NCBI GenBank assembly: GCA_013288825.1
Contig: JABDBC010000004.1
Span: forward strand, 5,649-69,648
Direction: 5' to 3'
DNA length: 64,000 nt
Source of the DNA: Chlamydiota bacterium
Lineage (GTDB): Bacteria > Chlamydiota > Chlamydiia > Chlamydiales > Parachlamydiaceae
Shown: positions 55,353 to 64,000 of the stretch, piece by piece
Layout of the letters: every line of letters starts with the position of its first letter
How positions within the stretch are numbered: the stretch's first letter is position 1
Program-made: the position numbers and the translations under genes
The notes under the pieces: model-generated
Seen by the model: only the letters and a program-made list of their open reading frames with translations
Told to the model about the DNA's origin: nothing
Database searches by the model: none

Positions 55353-57134
55353 TCAATTTCTATGTACATCCCCTTCAGGAAATGGCCAATAAATAGTCCG
55401 ATGCACATGGTTAATGAGATCCTGTTCAGCTTGTGTTGTTGGCCAATGTGGCTCATTATTTGAATAAAATTTATTTAAATAATCTTTAATCTGTAAAAGA
55501 TCTATATCCTTACATTTTTTCAAATGAGAGGCAATGATGGCGCCCTTTACCATAAGTGCATTTCTATAATTTATTTCTTGCGATTTTAATACTTCAGGAT
55601 CTAAAAGAAAATCTATATTTAGATATTTGATTTTTGGTAAGAGCTCCTCATTGTGTACACCCTTCAATGTCACAATAGCTTTGAGATAAATGCATTTATC
55701 TAAAGAATAAGCATCATACCCATAGGCCAAGCTTGGATGAATAAAGATCTCCCTTGTTTCTCCAACGAGCATTCCATTTACCCCATGGGCAAAACCTGGA
55801 ATGGTATTTTTTAAGTTAATCACTTCATCAAAACGGTGTCCTAAACAATGACCTAAGGGAGAATAAATGCTATATGTCAGTGTTACAAGAGGCCCTTTGC
55901 ATACACTTTTATTATTTTCATCAATTTTTATGGTTTTATAAAAAAGCTTTTGCGGTTCAATACATTGAAATTCTTTGTTATTATCTAGTAATTGAAAATA
56001 TACATTAGCTGTTTCTAGATTTTCTTTTGCTTCGATAAAATCACTGAGATAATTAGAAAAATAGGCCAGTCTTTCAACATTTAAATCTTTAGCGTCTGGA
56101 TTCTCTATTCCTTTTATGAAATAAGGCAAATGCTCATAGTCATCATATTTGAGTAGCTCCCAAAGGCCTTTAGCTATGATTTTATTAATTTCATTTTTGT
56201 CTTTTTTTAATTTAATTGACTTGTTTGAGTTTAAATAATCATTTCTTCCGGTGATCCTTTCTATTATAGTTGTATCAAAATTCTCAGAACGAATTAGCTT
56301 TTGAGTTTTTGCTTGAGCGTCCTCTAAGTCAGAGATAAGTTTTTTATTATTAGTCTTATCTATCCCATCCTTTAACCGACCGAAAATAAAATTAGGCTTT
56401 TTTTCCTCTAGGCTCTGAGAGGATATTACTAATTTCTCTGAATAATCATCCACTTCCTCTTTAGTCGTTTTGAATCCGAAGCTAGGAGGACACGGAAGGT
56501 ATTCGTGATCGAATTCTCGCTGAATCAAATTATGTGATAGAAATGGAGGAAACTCTTTATCAGAAGCTTCAAAAATATTTTCTACCCTACTGCAATATAG
56601 AGAATTTTGCGTTCCAAAACCTAGAAGAATTCCGATTAATACTTTATCATATTTTAAGAGTGCATGAAAGGGCTGATCCTCATGAATTAGAGCATTAAAA
56701 AGATTGTCTGAGCTAGCGGAAGGGCCGAGAACATATTGAAATAATGATAGATTTTCATTTATGACATGATGAAATAAAGGAACATTGATAACTAATACAT
56801 GGGCATAGCCTTTAATTTGAGGATCTTCCATTTGGCTAATATGAATAATTACATCTGAATTTTCTTTTTTTAATTTTCTCCATATTAGAGCCCCTTCTCT
56901 CAAAGCAACCGCTTCTCTATGATTCTCTGAGCTGACGCAAAATGGGTCTTTGAAGTAGTATGCATGAATACAAACAGGCTTCTTATCAAAAAGGACATAG
57001 CCAGCTTCAGAATCTTCTATCAGAACCCGTAGAAAAGTTTTAAGAGATGTTTTCTCCACATTGGAGAGTGGTTTGGTTTGTCCAAAGACACCACTAATTA
57101 CAAAGATAGCTAGTGTTAAAAAATAATATTTCAT
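55353..57134 (-). CDS. secreted protein with C-terminal FKBP-type peptidyl-prolyl isomerase domain
   Basis: 593 aa with a signal peptide. The FKBP-like segment is VTLTYSIYSPLGHCLG..NTIPGFAHGVNGMLVGETREIFIHPSLAYG. The ~400-aa N-terminal region is unassigned. Confidence 0.8.
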   Translation of the reverse strand: MKYYFLTLAIFVISGVFGQTKPLSNVEKTSLKTFLRVLIEDSEAGYVLFDKKPVCIHAYYFKDPFCVSSENHREAVALREGALIWRKLKKENSDVIIHISQMEDPQIKGYAHVLVINVPLFHHVINENLSLFQYVLGPSASSDNLFNALIHEDQPFHALLKYDKVLIGILLGFGTQNSLYCSRVENIFEASDKEFPPFLSHNLIQREFDHEYLPCPPSFGFKTTKEEVDDYSEKLVISSQSLEEKKPNFIFGRLKDGIDKTNNKKLISDLEDAQAKTQKLIRSENFDTTIIERITGRNDYLNSNKSIKLKKDKNEINKIIAKGLWELLKYDDYEHLPYFIKGIENPDAKDLNVERLAYFSNYLSDFIEAKENLETANVYFQLLDNNKEFQCIEPQKLFYKTIKIDENNKSVCKGPLVTLTYSIYSPLGHCLGHRFDEVINLKNTIPGFAHGVNGMLVGETREIFIHPSLAYGYDAYSLDKCIYLKAIVTLKGVHNEELLPKIKYLNIDFLLDPEVLKSQEINYRNALMVKGAIIASHLKKCKDIDLLQIKDYLNKFYSNNEPHWPTTQAEQDLINHVHRTIYWPFPEGDVHRN

Positions 57135-57481
57135 TCGCTAACCTGAAATGGCCATTCGACGCACTTGCATCTAAATTTGCAGATAGACACTGCACAGCCT
57201 AGACATTTCCAGCAATAAATTTGATGTTTATTGGGGCATTTGTTATCAGCTTCACTTGGTTTTCTTAATTCAATGATATACAGCCCGCAATTATCGGAGA
57301 AAACAGCATCCACAGGTAAATAACCCTCATCAACATTGTACAAAAATATTCCATGATCTGTAATTTGCAAGTCTGTTGAAGAAATATAAATTTTTTGTGA
57401 TAACTCTTCAGTTGATTCACCCTTGGAGTTAAAAGGTAAAAAAATTGCTAATAACAATAAGCAAGACGATCGAAATCTCAT
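57131..57481 (-). CDS. small secreted Cys-rich protein
   Basis: 116 aa with a signal peptide. C-terminal CPNKHQIYCWKCLGCAVSICKFRCKC. Its stop overlaps the FKBP gene start (ATGA). Confidence 0.7.
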   Translation of the reverse strand: MRFRSSCLLLLAIFLPFNSKGESTEELSQKIYISSTDLQITDHGIFLYNVDEGYLPVDAVFSDNCGLYIIELRKPSEADNKCPNKHQIYCWKCLGCAVSICKFRCKCVEWPFQVSE

Positions 57482-57502
57482 AAGCTTTCCTTTTAAATGT
57501 TA

Positions 57503-57580
57503 ATGGTGTTAAGTAGAAATCAGACTACATTATTCTTACCGCTTAGTAAAGAAAAAAGTGTCACAGACCCCGAAATGTAG
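57503..57580. repeat. left copy of ~78-bp direct repeat bracketing the TA module
   Basis: ATGGTGTTAAGTAGAAATCAGACTACATTATTCTTACCGCTTAGTAAAGAAAAAAGTGTCACA.. aligns with 58319-58398 (about 80 percent by eye). Confidence 0.75.
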
Positions 57581-57651
57581 GTATAGATTTGTCAGTTTTT
57601 GCTTGAGCGCCCTGGATTTAGCGGGAATTGTTGTTTTTCAAATAAATTGCC

Positions 57652-57680
57652 TTGCAAGAGATCGCTTTCTGATCTATAAT
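57652..57680 (+). promoter_or_regulatory. TA-operon promoter (TTGCAA-17 nt-TATAAT) with AGATC..GATCT operator-like inverted repeat in the spacer
   Basis: Conserved with the minus-strand copy at 41248-41277. Lies 7 bp upstream of the toxin ATG at 57687. Confidence 0.55.
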
Positions 57681-57686
57681 AAGATT

Positions 57687-57979
57687 ATGACAAGCGCACT
57701 GTGGACTGTGAACATCATTGGTCAAGCAAAAAAATCGCCCAAAATATTGCCTCAGGAAGCAGCGGCTTCTTTTGCATTGTTATTCATGGAATTAAAAGCT
57801 CAGGCCCCTATCGTATCGATTGGCCAAATTATACAAATATGAAGGGGGCAATAGAGGAATATCATTGTCATATTGAAAAAGGTAGGCCGACCTATGTAGC
57901 TTGTTGGAGAATTTTAGATAAGAAGCAAAGGATTATAGAGGTTTATTATGCTGGGACACACGAGAAGGCACCATACTGA
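57687..57979 (+). pseudogene. RelE/ParE-superfamily toxin, disrupted by a frameshift near 57805-57812
   Basis: Frame A reads MTSALWTVNIIGQAKKSPKILPQEAAASFALLFMELKAQ. Frame B reads GPYRIDWPNYTNMKGAIEEYHCHIEKGRPTYVACWRILDKKQRIIEVYYAGTHEKAPY. Joined, they form a typical RelE-like toxin. The junction is at the run AGGCCCC. Confidence 0.65.
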
Positions 57980-58268
57980 AAGCCACCATACTGAAAAAAG
58001 TTTTCGGGTGGAAAAGATTCAAGAAGTTGATCTGCCGATATCGGTTGACGATTATATTCGAGATTGTTTTGGTGATTTACCGAAATGGGCAGTAGCACTT
58101 CGAGGATTGCGTAATCGTGAAGGATTGACCCAGGCAGTGCTTGGGGAAATGCTGGGCACCCCACAGACGAATATTTCGAAGATGGAAATGGGTAAACGTG
58201 CAATCGGCAAAAATATGGCAAAAAAGCTCGCTAACCTGTTTAAAATAGACTATCGATTGTTTCTCTAA
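57948..58268 (+). CDS. XRE-family antitoxin
   Basis: 106 aa containing LRGLRNREGLTQAVLGEMLGTPQTNISKMEMGKRAIGKNMAKKLANLFKIDYRLFL. Overlaps the toxin 3' end. Confidence 0.8.
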   Translation: MLGHTRRHHTESHHTEKSFRVEKIQEVDLPISVDDYIRDCFGDLPKWAVALRGLRNREGLTQAVLGEMLGTPQTNISKMEMGKRAIGKNMAKKLANLFKIDYRLFL

Positions 58269-58318
58269 CTGATCTTAGTTCTGGCTGTGTCTGGCACCGT
58301 ATCGTAAAAGGGCTTACA

Positions 58319-58398
58319 GATGGTGTTAAAGAGAAATCAGACTATATCATTTCGCACCTTCTAGTAAAGAAAAAAGCATCACAACTAGCACGGAAATG
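58319..58398. repeat. right copy of the ~78-bp direct repeat bracketing the TA module
   Basis: See 57503-57580. Confidence 0.75.
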
Positions 58399-58465
58399 CT
58401 TGACTTCTGTGTTAATTCGTGTTAAATTCCTAGCTAGTTTATTATGTTAATCACTGGTGTGAACA

Positions 58466-59491
58466 ATGAAAGGATTGGTGTTTTCTTTATTAAGCATATT
58501 TTTTCTAGCTGATTGTTTAACTGCCCAAATTATCAAGACATCCAGCATTCAAGACATCAGAGAGGAAATTACAGATAATACTTTGGTGCTTTTCAATATT
58601 GCTGAAGTGCTGATGGATACAGAAACAAGTTTGGGAACACAAGCTTGGAGAAAATTTATTCGCGTGCGTCTTGATTCCAAACTGCATGATGAGCTCACTT
58701 TATTTGTCTTTGAAAATGTCCCACCAAAATGTCCCGAACCATCCACACCTCAACTCATTAATGAATTACAATCCGAGGGGATAGTTACATTAGCCTTTAC
58801 CTCTAGAGGAAGGAATGAGTGGTATGCCTCTCAAGTTCCAAATGTAGACCTTATCACCGAAAAACTGTTGCTTCAAATCGGCATTGATTTTTCAAAGACA
58901 CAACTCTCTGAAGAACTTTTATTGCTACCCAGTTTGTTTGCCGAGTTTTATCATGCAGGGGTAATTTACGCGACCAATACCAGAGAAAAGGGTGAATTGC
59001 TTCTTGAAATTTTTGAAAGAACAGGTTATCGCCCCTCTAAAATTGTTTTTGTTGACGACAAGGTCGATTCTTTAATTGCTGTTGAAAAAACTCCTAGCAG
59101 CCTGAATATTCCGTTTGTAGGATATGCATATTCTCGAACATCAAAAGATCACGCCAATTTTGATCCACTTGTTGCTAACATACAATTGGATTGGCTAATC
59201 ACCTATGGTAAAGTCTTGACAGATGCTGAAGCCATCGAAATCAAGAATGAGCAATATTTGAATACCGATTTAAGCCAATATTTTGAAGAGGTTATCGGAA
59301 AGTGGAAAGCATATCAAGGGTCGATTGCAGAAAATTCAATAAAGAGTTTTTCTAAAACTAGGAGATTCTCGGAAAGAGTCCCAGAATTCTCTTTGCATTT
59401 ATTGTTGCACGCTCCTCAATCGTTACTTCGTCACGGAATGCAGTCACATCGATACAGTCATCATATTTTTTGCGAGGAACTAAGTCTATAG
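58466..59491 (+). CDS. secreted HAD-like (DUF2608-type?) protein; 3' end doubtful
   Basis: Signal peptide present. A KIVFVDDK HAD motif-IV-like segment, with motif I degenerate (LFNIAEV). The last ~45 codons overlap the convergent gene and look non-protein-like. Confidence 0.6.
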   Translation: MKGLVFSLLSIFFLADCLTAQIIKTSSIQDIREEITDNTLVLFNIAEVLMDTETSLGTQAWRKFIRVRLDSKLHDELTLFVFENVPPKCPEPSTPQLINELQSEGIVTLAFTSRGRNEWYASQVPNVDLITEKLLLQIGIDFSKTQLSEELLLLPSLFAEFYHAGVIYATNTREKGELLLEIFERTGYRPSKIVFVDDKVDSLIAVEKTPSSLNIPFVGYAYSRTSKDHANFDPLVANIQLDWLITYGKVLTDAEAIEIKNEQYLNTDLSQYFEEVIGKWKAYQGSIAENSIKSFSKTRRFSERVPEFSLHLLLHAPQSLLRHGMQSHRYSHHIFCEELSL

Positions 59492-60542
59492 ATTCGTCTG
59501 TATCCTCAAATCCAAAGGCTCTTAACAAGTCTGCCTTTCCTGCAGCTCGTTCCTTCTCTATGCTCCCATCTTTTTCCTTTTGCTCGATTTCTTTTGATTT
59601 TACCCCGCGCTCTTTCTCGTTCTTAACCCATGCATTGAAATTTTCATCAAAATCCTTTTCCACTTGTTCTCTAGTAATAGTACCAATCTTTTCTGCAGTA
59701 TCTGTAGGCCCTTTTTTCCGAAACAACTCAGCATACTGGAAAAGCGGATGAACGCTCGCTCGAATCTCGGTATATTTTCTTTGATCGCGAGCTTCTTGAT
59801 TTCTCTTGGCGATCAGAACTGTCAAAGTATGAAATGGGCAGTATACCAGAACGGATTTAACTGATTCTTTTTGTTTGCTAAGAGCATGTCCTTCAAATTT
59901 GTCAGCTATAAAACAATCAAAAACTGCATCATGGCCTCTACTTAAATGATCAAGTATTGTGTCCATTACGAGTGTAACATCATCATGAGGCTGTTCATAA
60001 GCTTCTTTATAAACTGGAAGCTGTAAAGCTTTAGCTGTATCAGCTGCACGTTGACAGGCTACTGGGGATGCCTCTCTTTTGAATGTGCAAAGATCAATAT
60101 TTTCTGCGGCGTTGAGTATATGGGAGTGATAATCATCATCCCCTGCGACTAACACATTGTGAAGGTTGTCCCAATCTTCTTTTGTTACCCCCCACTTTGT
60201 ATAGTTGTCTTGCATGAATTTATACATTCGCTTACATCCAATAACATCTGCATTTTCCTCGATCATTCCTGGATCAAGCTTTCTTAAAGCCTTAGTCAGA
60301 GTTGTCTTTCCGACAGAAGAAGGGCCACACACAACGATGAGGCGTCCTTTATGCAACGGTGCAGTAGGTGTAGTAGGCCCTGCTGCATCACTTTTCATTT
60401 TTTGTGAAAGATCTCGAATAACGGAATCACTATCTTTTGATTCGGCTTTTTCTTTAGATTCAATTTTCGGCGCTTCTGGCCTTACAGGCGATGTCTTGGA
60501 GGGATCTAAGGGATCTCTGGGTATTTCATGTAATGGAATCAT
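59358..60542 (-). CDS. P-loop kinase, chloramphenicol-phosphotransferase-like (CPT/zeta-like) with ~65-aa disordered N-terminus
   Basis: GRLIVVCGPSSVGKTTLTKAL Walker A, then a later VLVYCPFHTLTVLIAKRN segment resembling the CPT family. Confidence 0.8.
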   Translation of the reverse strand: MIPLHEIPRDPLDPSKTSPVRPEAPKIESKEKAESKDSDSVIRDLSQKMKSDAAGPTTPTAPLHKGRLIVVCGPSSVGKTTLTKALRKLDPGMIEENADVIGCKRMYKFMQDNYTKWGVTKEDWDNLHNVLVAGDDDYHSHILNAAENIDLCTFKREASPVACQRAADTAKALQLPVYKEAYEQPHDDVTLVMDTILDHLSRGHDAVFDCFIADKFEGHALSKQKESVKSVLVYCPFHTLTVLIAKRNQEARDQRKYTEIRASVHPLFQYAELFRKKGPTDTAEKIGTITREQVEKDFDENFNAWVKNEKERGVKSKEIEQKEKDGSIEKERAAGKADLLRAFGFEDTDESIDLVPRKKYDDCIDVTAFRDEVTIEERATINAKRILGLFPRIS

Positions 60543-60647
60543 ATTGTATTACCTCGTTGATGAATCATTCGAACAAAATGACCAAGTTGGTATATAATGG
60601 GTTCTTGTATGGGATAATAACAGATCAAAACTATTTAGGCAATATCT

Positions 60648-61136
60648 ATGAACAAAGCAGTAATAGACTTAGAAGTACATGAGAATCGAACAAGTTTGGC
60701 AAAAAAGCGGGCTGGCACCAGCGTGAATGCATATCTTGTTTTGAAACAAGGAAATAATGTGCTGTTTCAATTAAGAAAAAATACTGGCTATTGCGATGGA
60801 ATGTGGGGCTTTGTTGCCGGACACGTAGAGGATGGGGAATCAGCAACAGCAGGGATGATTCGAGAAGTGCATGAGGAAATTGGAATTCATTTGGTTTCCT
60901 CTGAGATTAAAGTCGTCCATGTTATGCACAGAAAGACAAATCGATTGAATGTAGATGTATGTTTCGAATGTCAATTAATGGACCGAGAGATCAGAAACAT
61001 CGAGCCTGAAAAATGTGAGATGTTGGAGTTTTTTCCGTTAGAGAAACTGCCTTCAAACATGATTGAGTACAATGCAGCAGCTTTGCAGTCTATCCTCAGA
61101 GGTGAATGTTACTCTGAATATGGTTGGAGGAATTAA
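60648..61136 (+). CDS. NUDIX hydrolase
   Basis: Nudix box GHVEDGESATAGMIREVHEEIGI. Confidence 0.85.
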   Translation: MNKAVIDLEVHENRTSLAKKRAGTSVNAYLVLKQGNNVLFQLRKNTGYCDGMWGFVAGHVEDGESATAGMIREVHEEIGIHLVSSEIKVVHVMHRKTNRLNVDVCFECQLMDREIRNIEPEKCEMLEFFPLEKLPSNMIEYNAAALQSILRGECYSEYGWRN

Positions 61137-61300
61137 TCTATAATAGGGTAGTTTTTACCTTTATCGCAAATCAATTCTCAAGATATCATGGTAATGATGA
61201 TGGTATTAAATGGGGTTTGGAACTGATATGAATCCGTCAAAATTCATGAGACATTTCTTAAACATAGCCGCTATTCTCTCTTTAATGGCTTTGAGGGCAT

Positions 61301-62173
61301 ATGACAAAAGCAAATAATATTGATATCTGGTTTGAAACTTTTGGAAACAAAGAAGACCCTGTTCTTCTTCTTATCATGGGTGCATGTTCTCAAGGCATCT
61401 TATGGCCCAGCGAACTTTGTCAAAAACTAGCCTCTGTTGGATTTTACGTCATTCGGTATGACCATCGAGACACTGGGCTTTCCACACATTTTGATTTTGA
61501 GAAAAATCCTTATGACTTAATGGATATGTCAAAGGATGCTATTGGATTGTTGGATTCTCTTAAAATTAAAAAAGCCCACTTAATGGGATTATCTATGGGT
61601 GGACCCATTGCAGAGCTCATTGCGGTCCACTTTCCAGAATATGTTCATAGCATCACTTTAATGGCAACTTCTTGCGACTTCCGCCCTATGAACTTAGCCT
61701 ATGCAGGTTTACCACCCGAAGAGAATAGTCTTTCTAGACCTAAAGATTTTTATATTGAATGGATAGCGAGTTTCAAAGAAAAGACACCTAAGAATCTAGA
61801 AGAAGCCATAGAACAACGCGTCGAATGTTGGCGATTATTAAATGGTGCTGTAATTCCCTTTGAAGAAGAACTGTATCGAAAACTTCATAAAGAATTTCTT
61901 CTTAGACAACGAAATCCCGAGTCTATTAAAAATCATTTCTTTGTTTGCAGTAACTCCGAGCAATATGTCAGATCGGTTTCTTCTAAAGTAAAAGTTCCTA
62001 CATTGATCTTACATGGATCTGAGGACCCTATTTTTCCTTCTGATCACGGTGAAATGCTTGCTATGTCCATAGAGGGATCAAAGTATATTCCTCTTTACGG
62101 TATGGGACATGTTCCAAATCGATACTTCTACGATTTGATTGTGCAAGAAGTCTCAAAACTAAAGGAGGTCTAA
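61301..62173 (+). CDS. alpha/beta-fold hydrolase
   Basis: 290 aa. Nucleophile elbow GLSMGG, a later HGSEDPIFP and C-terminal GMGHV, in family order. Confidence 0.9.
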   Translation: MTKANNIDIWFETFGNKEDPVLLLIMGACSQGILWPSELCQKLASVGFYVIRYDHRDTGLSTHFDFEKNPYDLMDMSKDAIGLLDSLKIKKAHLMGLSMGGPIAELIAVHFPEYVHSITLMATSCDFRPMNLAYAGLPPEENSLSRPKDFYIEWIASFKEKTPKNLEEAIEQRVECWRLLNGAVIPFEEELYRKLHKEFLLRQRNPESIKNHFFVCSNSEQYVRSVSSKVKVPTLILHGSEDPIFPSDHGEMLAMSIEGSKYIPLYGMGHVPNRYFYDLIVQEVSKLKEV

Positions 62174-62393
62174 TTGATCTTTATTTGAGATCAGATTTAT
62201 CATTTACGAAAACATTTCTAAGAGCACAAACTGCTTATGAAATTGCCTGCTGAACTACCATGGCAATATTCTGCATACCAGCTTGAATCCCAAGCAAGCC
62301 AGGAAAGACAAAATCATGTGTGATGATTTGTTGTTCTAAAAGAAGTGAATACAAGCAGAAAAATAAAGATAAATTCAAAAGAACTAAGGTCAA

Positions 62394-62909
62394 GTGCCCG
62401 TTATGATTACAATAAGCCCTGCTTTTATTTCTAATTATCTGCTTGGGGCATTTGATGACCTTGTAATAATAAATTCATGGGGTGAAACAAGTTTTTTTTA
62501 TAATCCCAAAAATCTAAGCCCACGAGGTACCTATTTCTGCACCATCAAAGAAAATGACGGGGAGAATGATAAGGCATCTGCCTTACACCGCGATAAGGTT
62601 TTCCGCTTTAATTTTGGAATTACCAGGCCAACATTCTTAAAATTATTTGGTACAGTCCCCACACGTCCTCCAAAAGGGGGCGTCATCAACGGGTCGTATG
62701 ACTTTACTCAATTAGATACCCTATGTCCTCATCCAGTATACGGTTGGATGTGTTGGGTAGCTATCATTAATCCATCAGAACAGTCGTTTAAAGAGCTTGA
62801 AAGCTTGATATCAGAAAGCTATCGGTTAGTTTTACAGAAGCATCAGAAAAAACATAAGAGTTGTTTGAGAAAAGAGCATGAGTTAACAAATAAATGTAGT
62901 GAAAAATAA
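62394..62909 (+). CDS. conserved hypothetical protein (family not confidently recognised)
   Basis: 171-aa ORF with GTG in the track and an ATG alternative at 62403. The WGETSFFYNPKN..YFCTIKENDGENDKAS..FRFNFGI pattern looks like a real globular protein. Confidence 0.6.
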   Translation: MPVMITISPAFISNYLLGAFDDLVIINSWGETSFFYNPKNLSPRGTYFCTIKENDGENDKASALHRDKVFRFNFGITRPTFLKLFGTVPTRPPKGGVINGSYDFTQLDTLCPHPVYGWMCWVAIINPSEQSFKELESLISESYRLVLQKHQKKHKSCLRKEHELTNKCSEK

Positions 62910-63393
62910 AACATTCAAGTCCTTAATTTTCAGAGAGAAGTAAAAAAAAGGCGGAAAGGAGGATTACATAGATCATTTATGATGGTTAAGAAATTTGGTT
63001 ACAAATAATCCAACAGGTTTTCTCGGACATCCTGATAGGCAATTTCTGCAGAACCTCTTCTCAGCTAGAGCAAAAAGCTCGTGTAGCTGCGTTCTACTTT
63101 TTGGAAAAAATGACATTTCAACCCCAAGGTGTAATGGCTTGAATGAGACGATCAGAAGAAATTGCCTTGCTTTTCAACAACGGATAGCATACGTTTTAAC
63201 TCAAAAAAGACATCCACATAATCTTTACGGTTTAGCTAGGTTTTGGCAAGATATCTATCCATAATAAAAAAATTAAATTTTTATTTCTAATGGCGTTAAA
63301 TTGATAAAATCTCCCTAGAGAATTCTCTTCGTTTCTGATATCCTTTGGCATTCAGGATTATCCATCAAAGTAATAGTCTGTTTTATAAGGGTA

Positions 63394-63765
63394 ATGAAAT
63401 TGAATAATAAAAATCGAATTGCATTAGTCACAGGAGCTTCATCAGGCATTGGAGAAGCAATTTCGCGAGAACTTATCAAACGAGGTTGGCTTGTAATTGG
63501 TATTGCAAGATCTTCCAATAAGCTTTCCGAGATAAGAAAAGAGTTACGAGACGCTTTTATTCCCTTTACCTGTGATGTGTCTCAAAAGAGAAACATAGAA
63601 GAAACATCTCAACAGATTCGTGAAATGGGTCTTTGTCCTTCTTTATTTTTTCTTAATGCCGGTATTGCTGGTGAGTCCGTTATTGAAAATCCCAATCGAT
63701 TTGATCTCAACATTCATGAAAAGATTATGCAAGTGAACTACTTTGGTGTTTTCTCCTGCACATAA
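63394..63765 (+). pseudogene. short-chain dehydrogenase/reductase, truncated after ~120 aa
   Basis: IALVTGASSGIGEAISRELIKRGWLVIGIARS (TGxxxGxG) and NAGI are present. The frame ends right after VNYFGV, where the tandem repeat begins. The catalytic YxxxK region is missing. Confidence 0.75.
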
Positions 63766-63885
63766 CTTACATATACATATTATGTGCATCTTATCATTTA
63801 AGTCAAGAATGCACATAACTTACATATACGTATTATGTGCATCTTATCATTTAAGTCAAGATTCACATAACACTTATCTGATGTG
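63758..63885. repeat. 53-bp tandem repeat x ~2.3 with internal inverted repeat GCACATAA..TTATGTGC
   Basis: Units start at 63758, 63811 and 63864 (partial). The array begins exactly where SDR homology stops. Confidence 0.85.
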
Positions 63886-64000
63886 TTCCATATTCCATTT
63901 ATAAATCCTATTCCCAAGTCAATACATTAGGGATTGAGTGATTCTAATAATTAAAAAAACAGTATATCTGAGACAGAATCTTCAATGCATTACAAAAAAA

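Noticed and set aside
62995-63264. 89-aa plus-strand ORF between the 171-aa gene and the SDR
   Set aside because: It has no RBS, odd composition and no recognisable family. A 47-codon minus-strand ORF (MSFFPKSRTQLHELFALAEKRFCRNC..) overlaps it, but it is also unsupported.
1-64000. Scan by eye for rRNA, tRNA, tmRNA, integrase, transposase or phage structural genes
   Set aside because: I recognised none. A covariance-model scan (tRNAscan-SE/Infernal) would be needed to exclude small RNAs rigorously.

Overview
This is an AT-rich bacterial chromosome segment. The gene content includes a Lys-rich histone-H1-like protein, an FKBP/Mip-like protein, many secreted or membrane orphan proteins and an RHS toxin. 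That mix suggests an environmental Chlamydia-like (amoeba-symbiont type) organism, but this is inference only.

Left third: a minus-strand RND efflux cluster. It encodes a beta-barrel OMP, an OMF lipoprotein, an MFP lipoprotein and two tandem RND permease paralogues.

Middle: housekeeping-type genes are interleaved with accessory cassettes.
- Housekeeping-type genes: dcd, amidohydrolase, M48 protease, MFS transporter, osmC, an ArfB-like GGQ protein and a def homologue.
- Three families of ATPases, all expected to carry wHTH tails: AAA_14/DUF4143 (two copies), DUF234-type and AlbA_2-type.
- Four toxin-antitoxin loci, each lacking a working toxin.
- An intact nucleotidyltransferase/RHH pair.
- A SNF2 helicase - SWIM - deformylase operon.
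- A circularly permuted D-amino-acid-oxidase homologue.
- A decayed ppdK.

Right third:
- An 1826-aa RHS/YD toxin with an alpha/beta-hydrolase-like C-terminal tip, followed by three signal-peptide immunity-like genes.
- Gene remnants.
- A 994-aa Upf1/DNA2-like SF1 helicase.
- A frameshifted RelE-like toxin with an XRE antitoxin, bracketed by direct repeats.
- A P-loop kinase, NUDIX and hydrolase genes.
- A truncated SDR gene.

Non-coding DNA is the most unusual aspect.
- A family of mosaic, nested long-palindrome elements occupies at least eight intergenic sites.
- Gene-specific tandem arrays of perfect palindromes sit at the 5' side of accessory genes. Two host genes are broken exactly at such arrays.

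I recognised no rRNA, tRNA, CRISPR array, transposase or integrase.

The best candidates for an undescribed system are:
- the palindrome-array/ATPase cassettes;
- the SNF2-SWIM-deformylase (+AAA_14) cluster;
- the stand-alone SF1 helicase;
- the RHS/lipase-like toxin with its immunity array.
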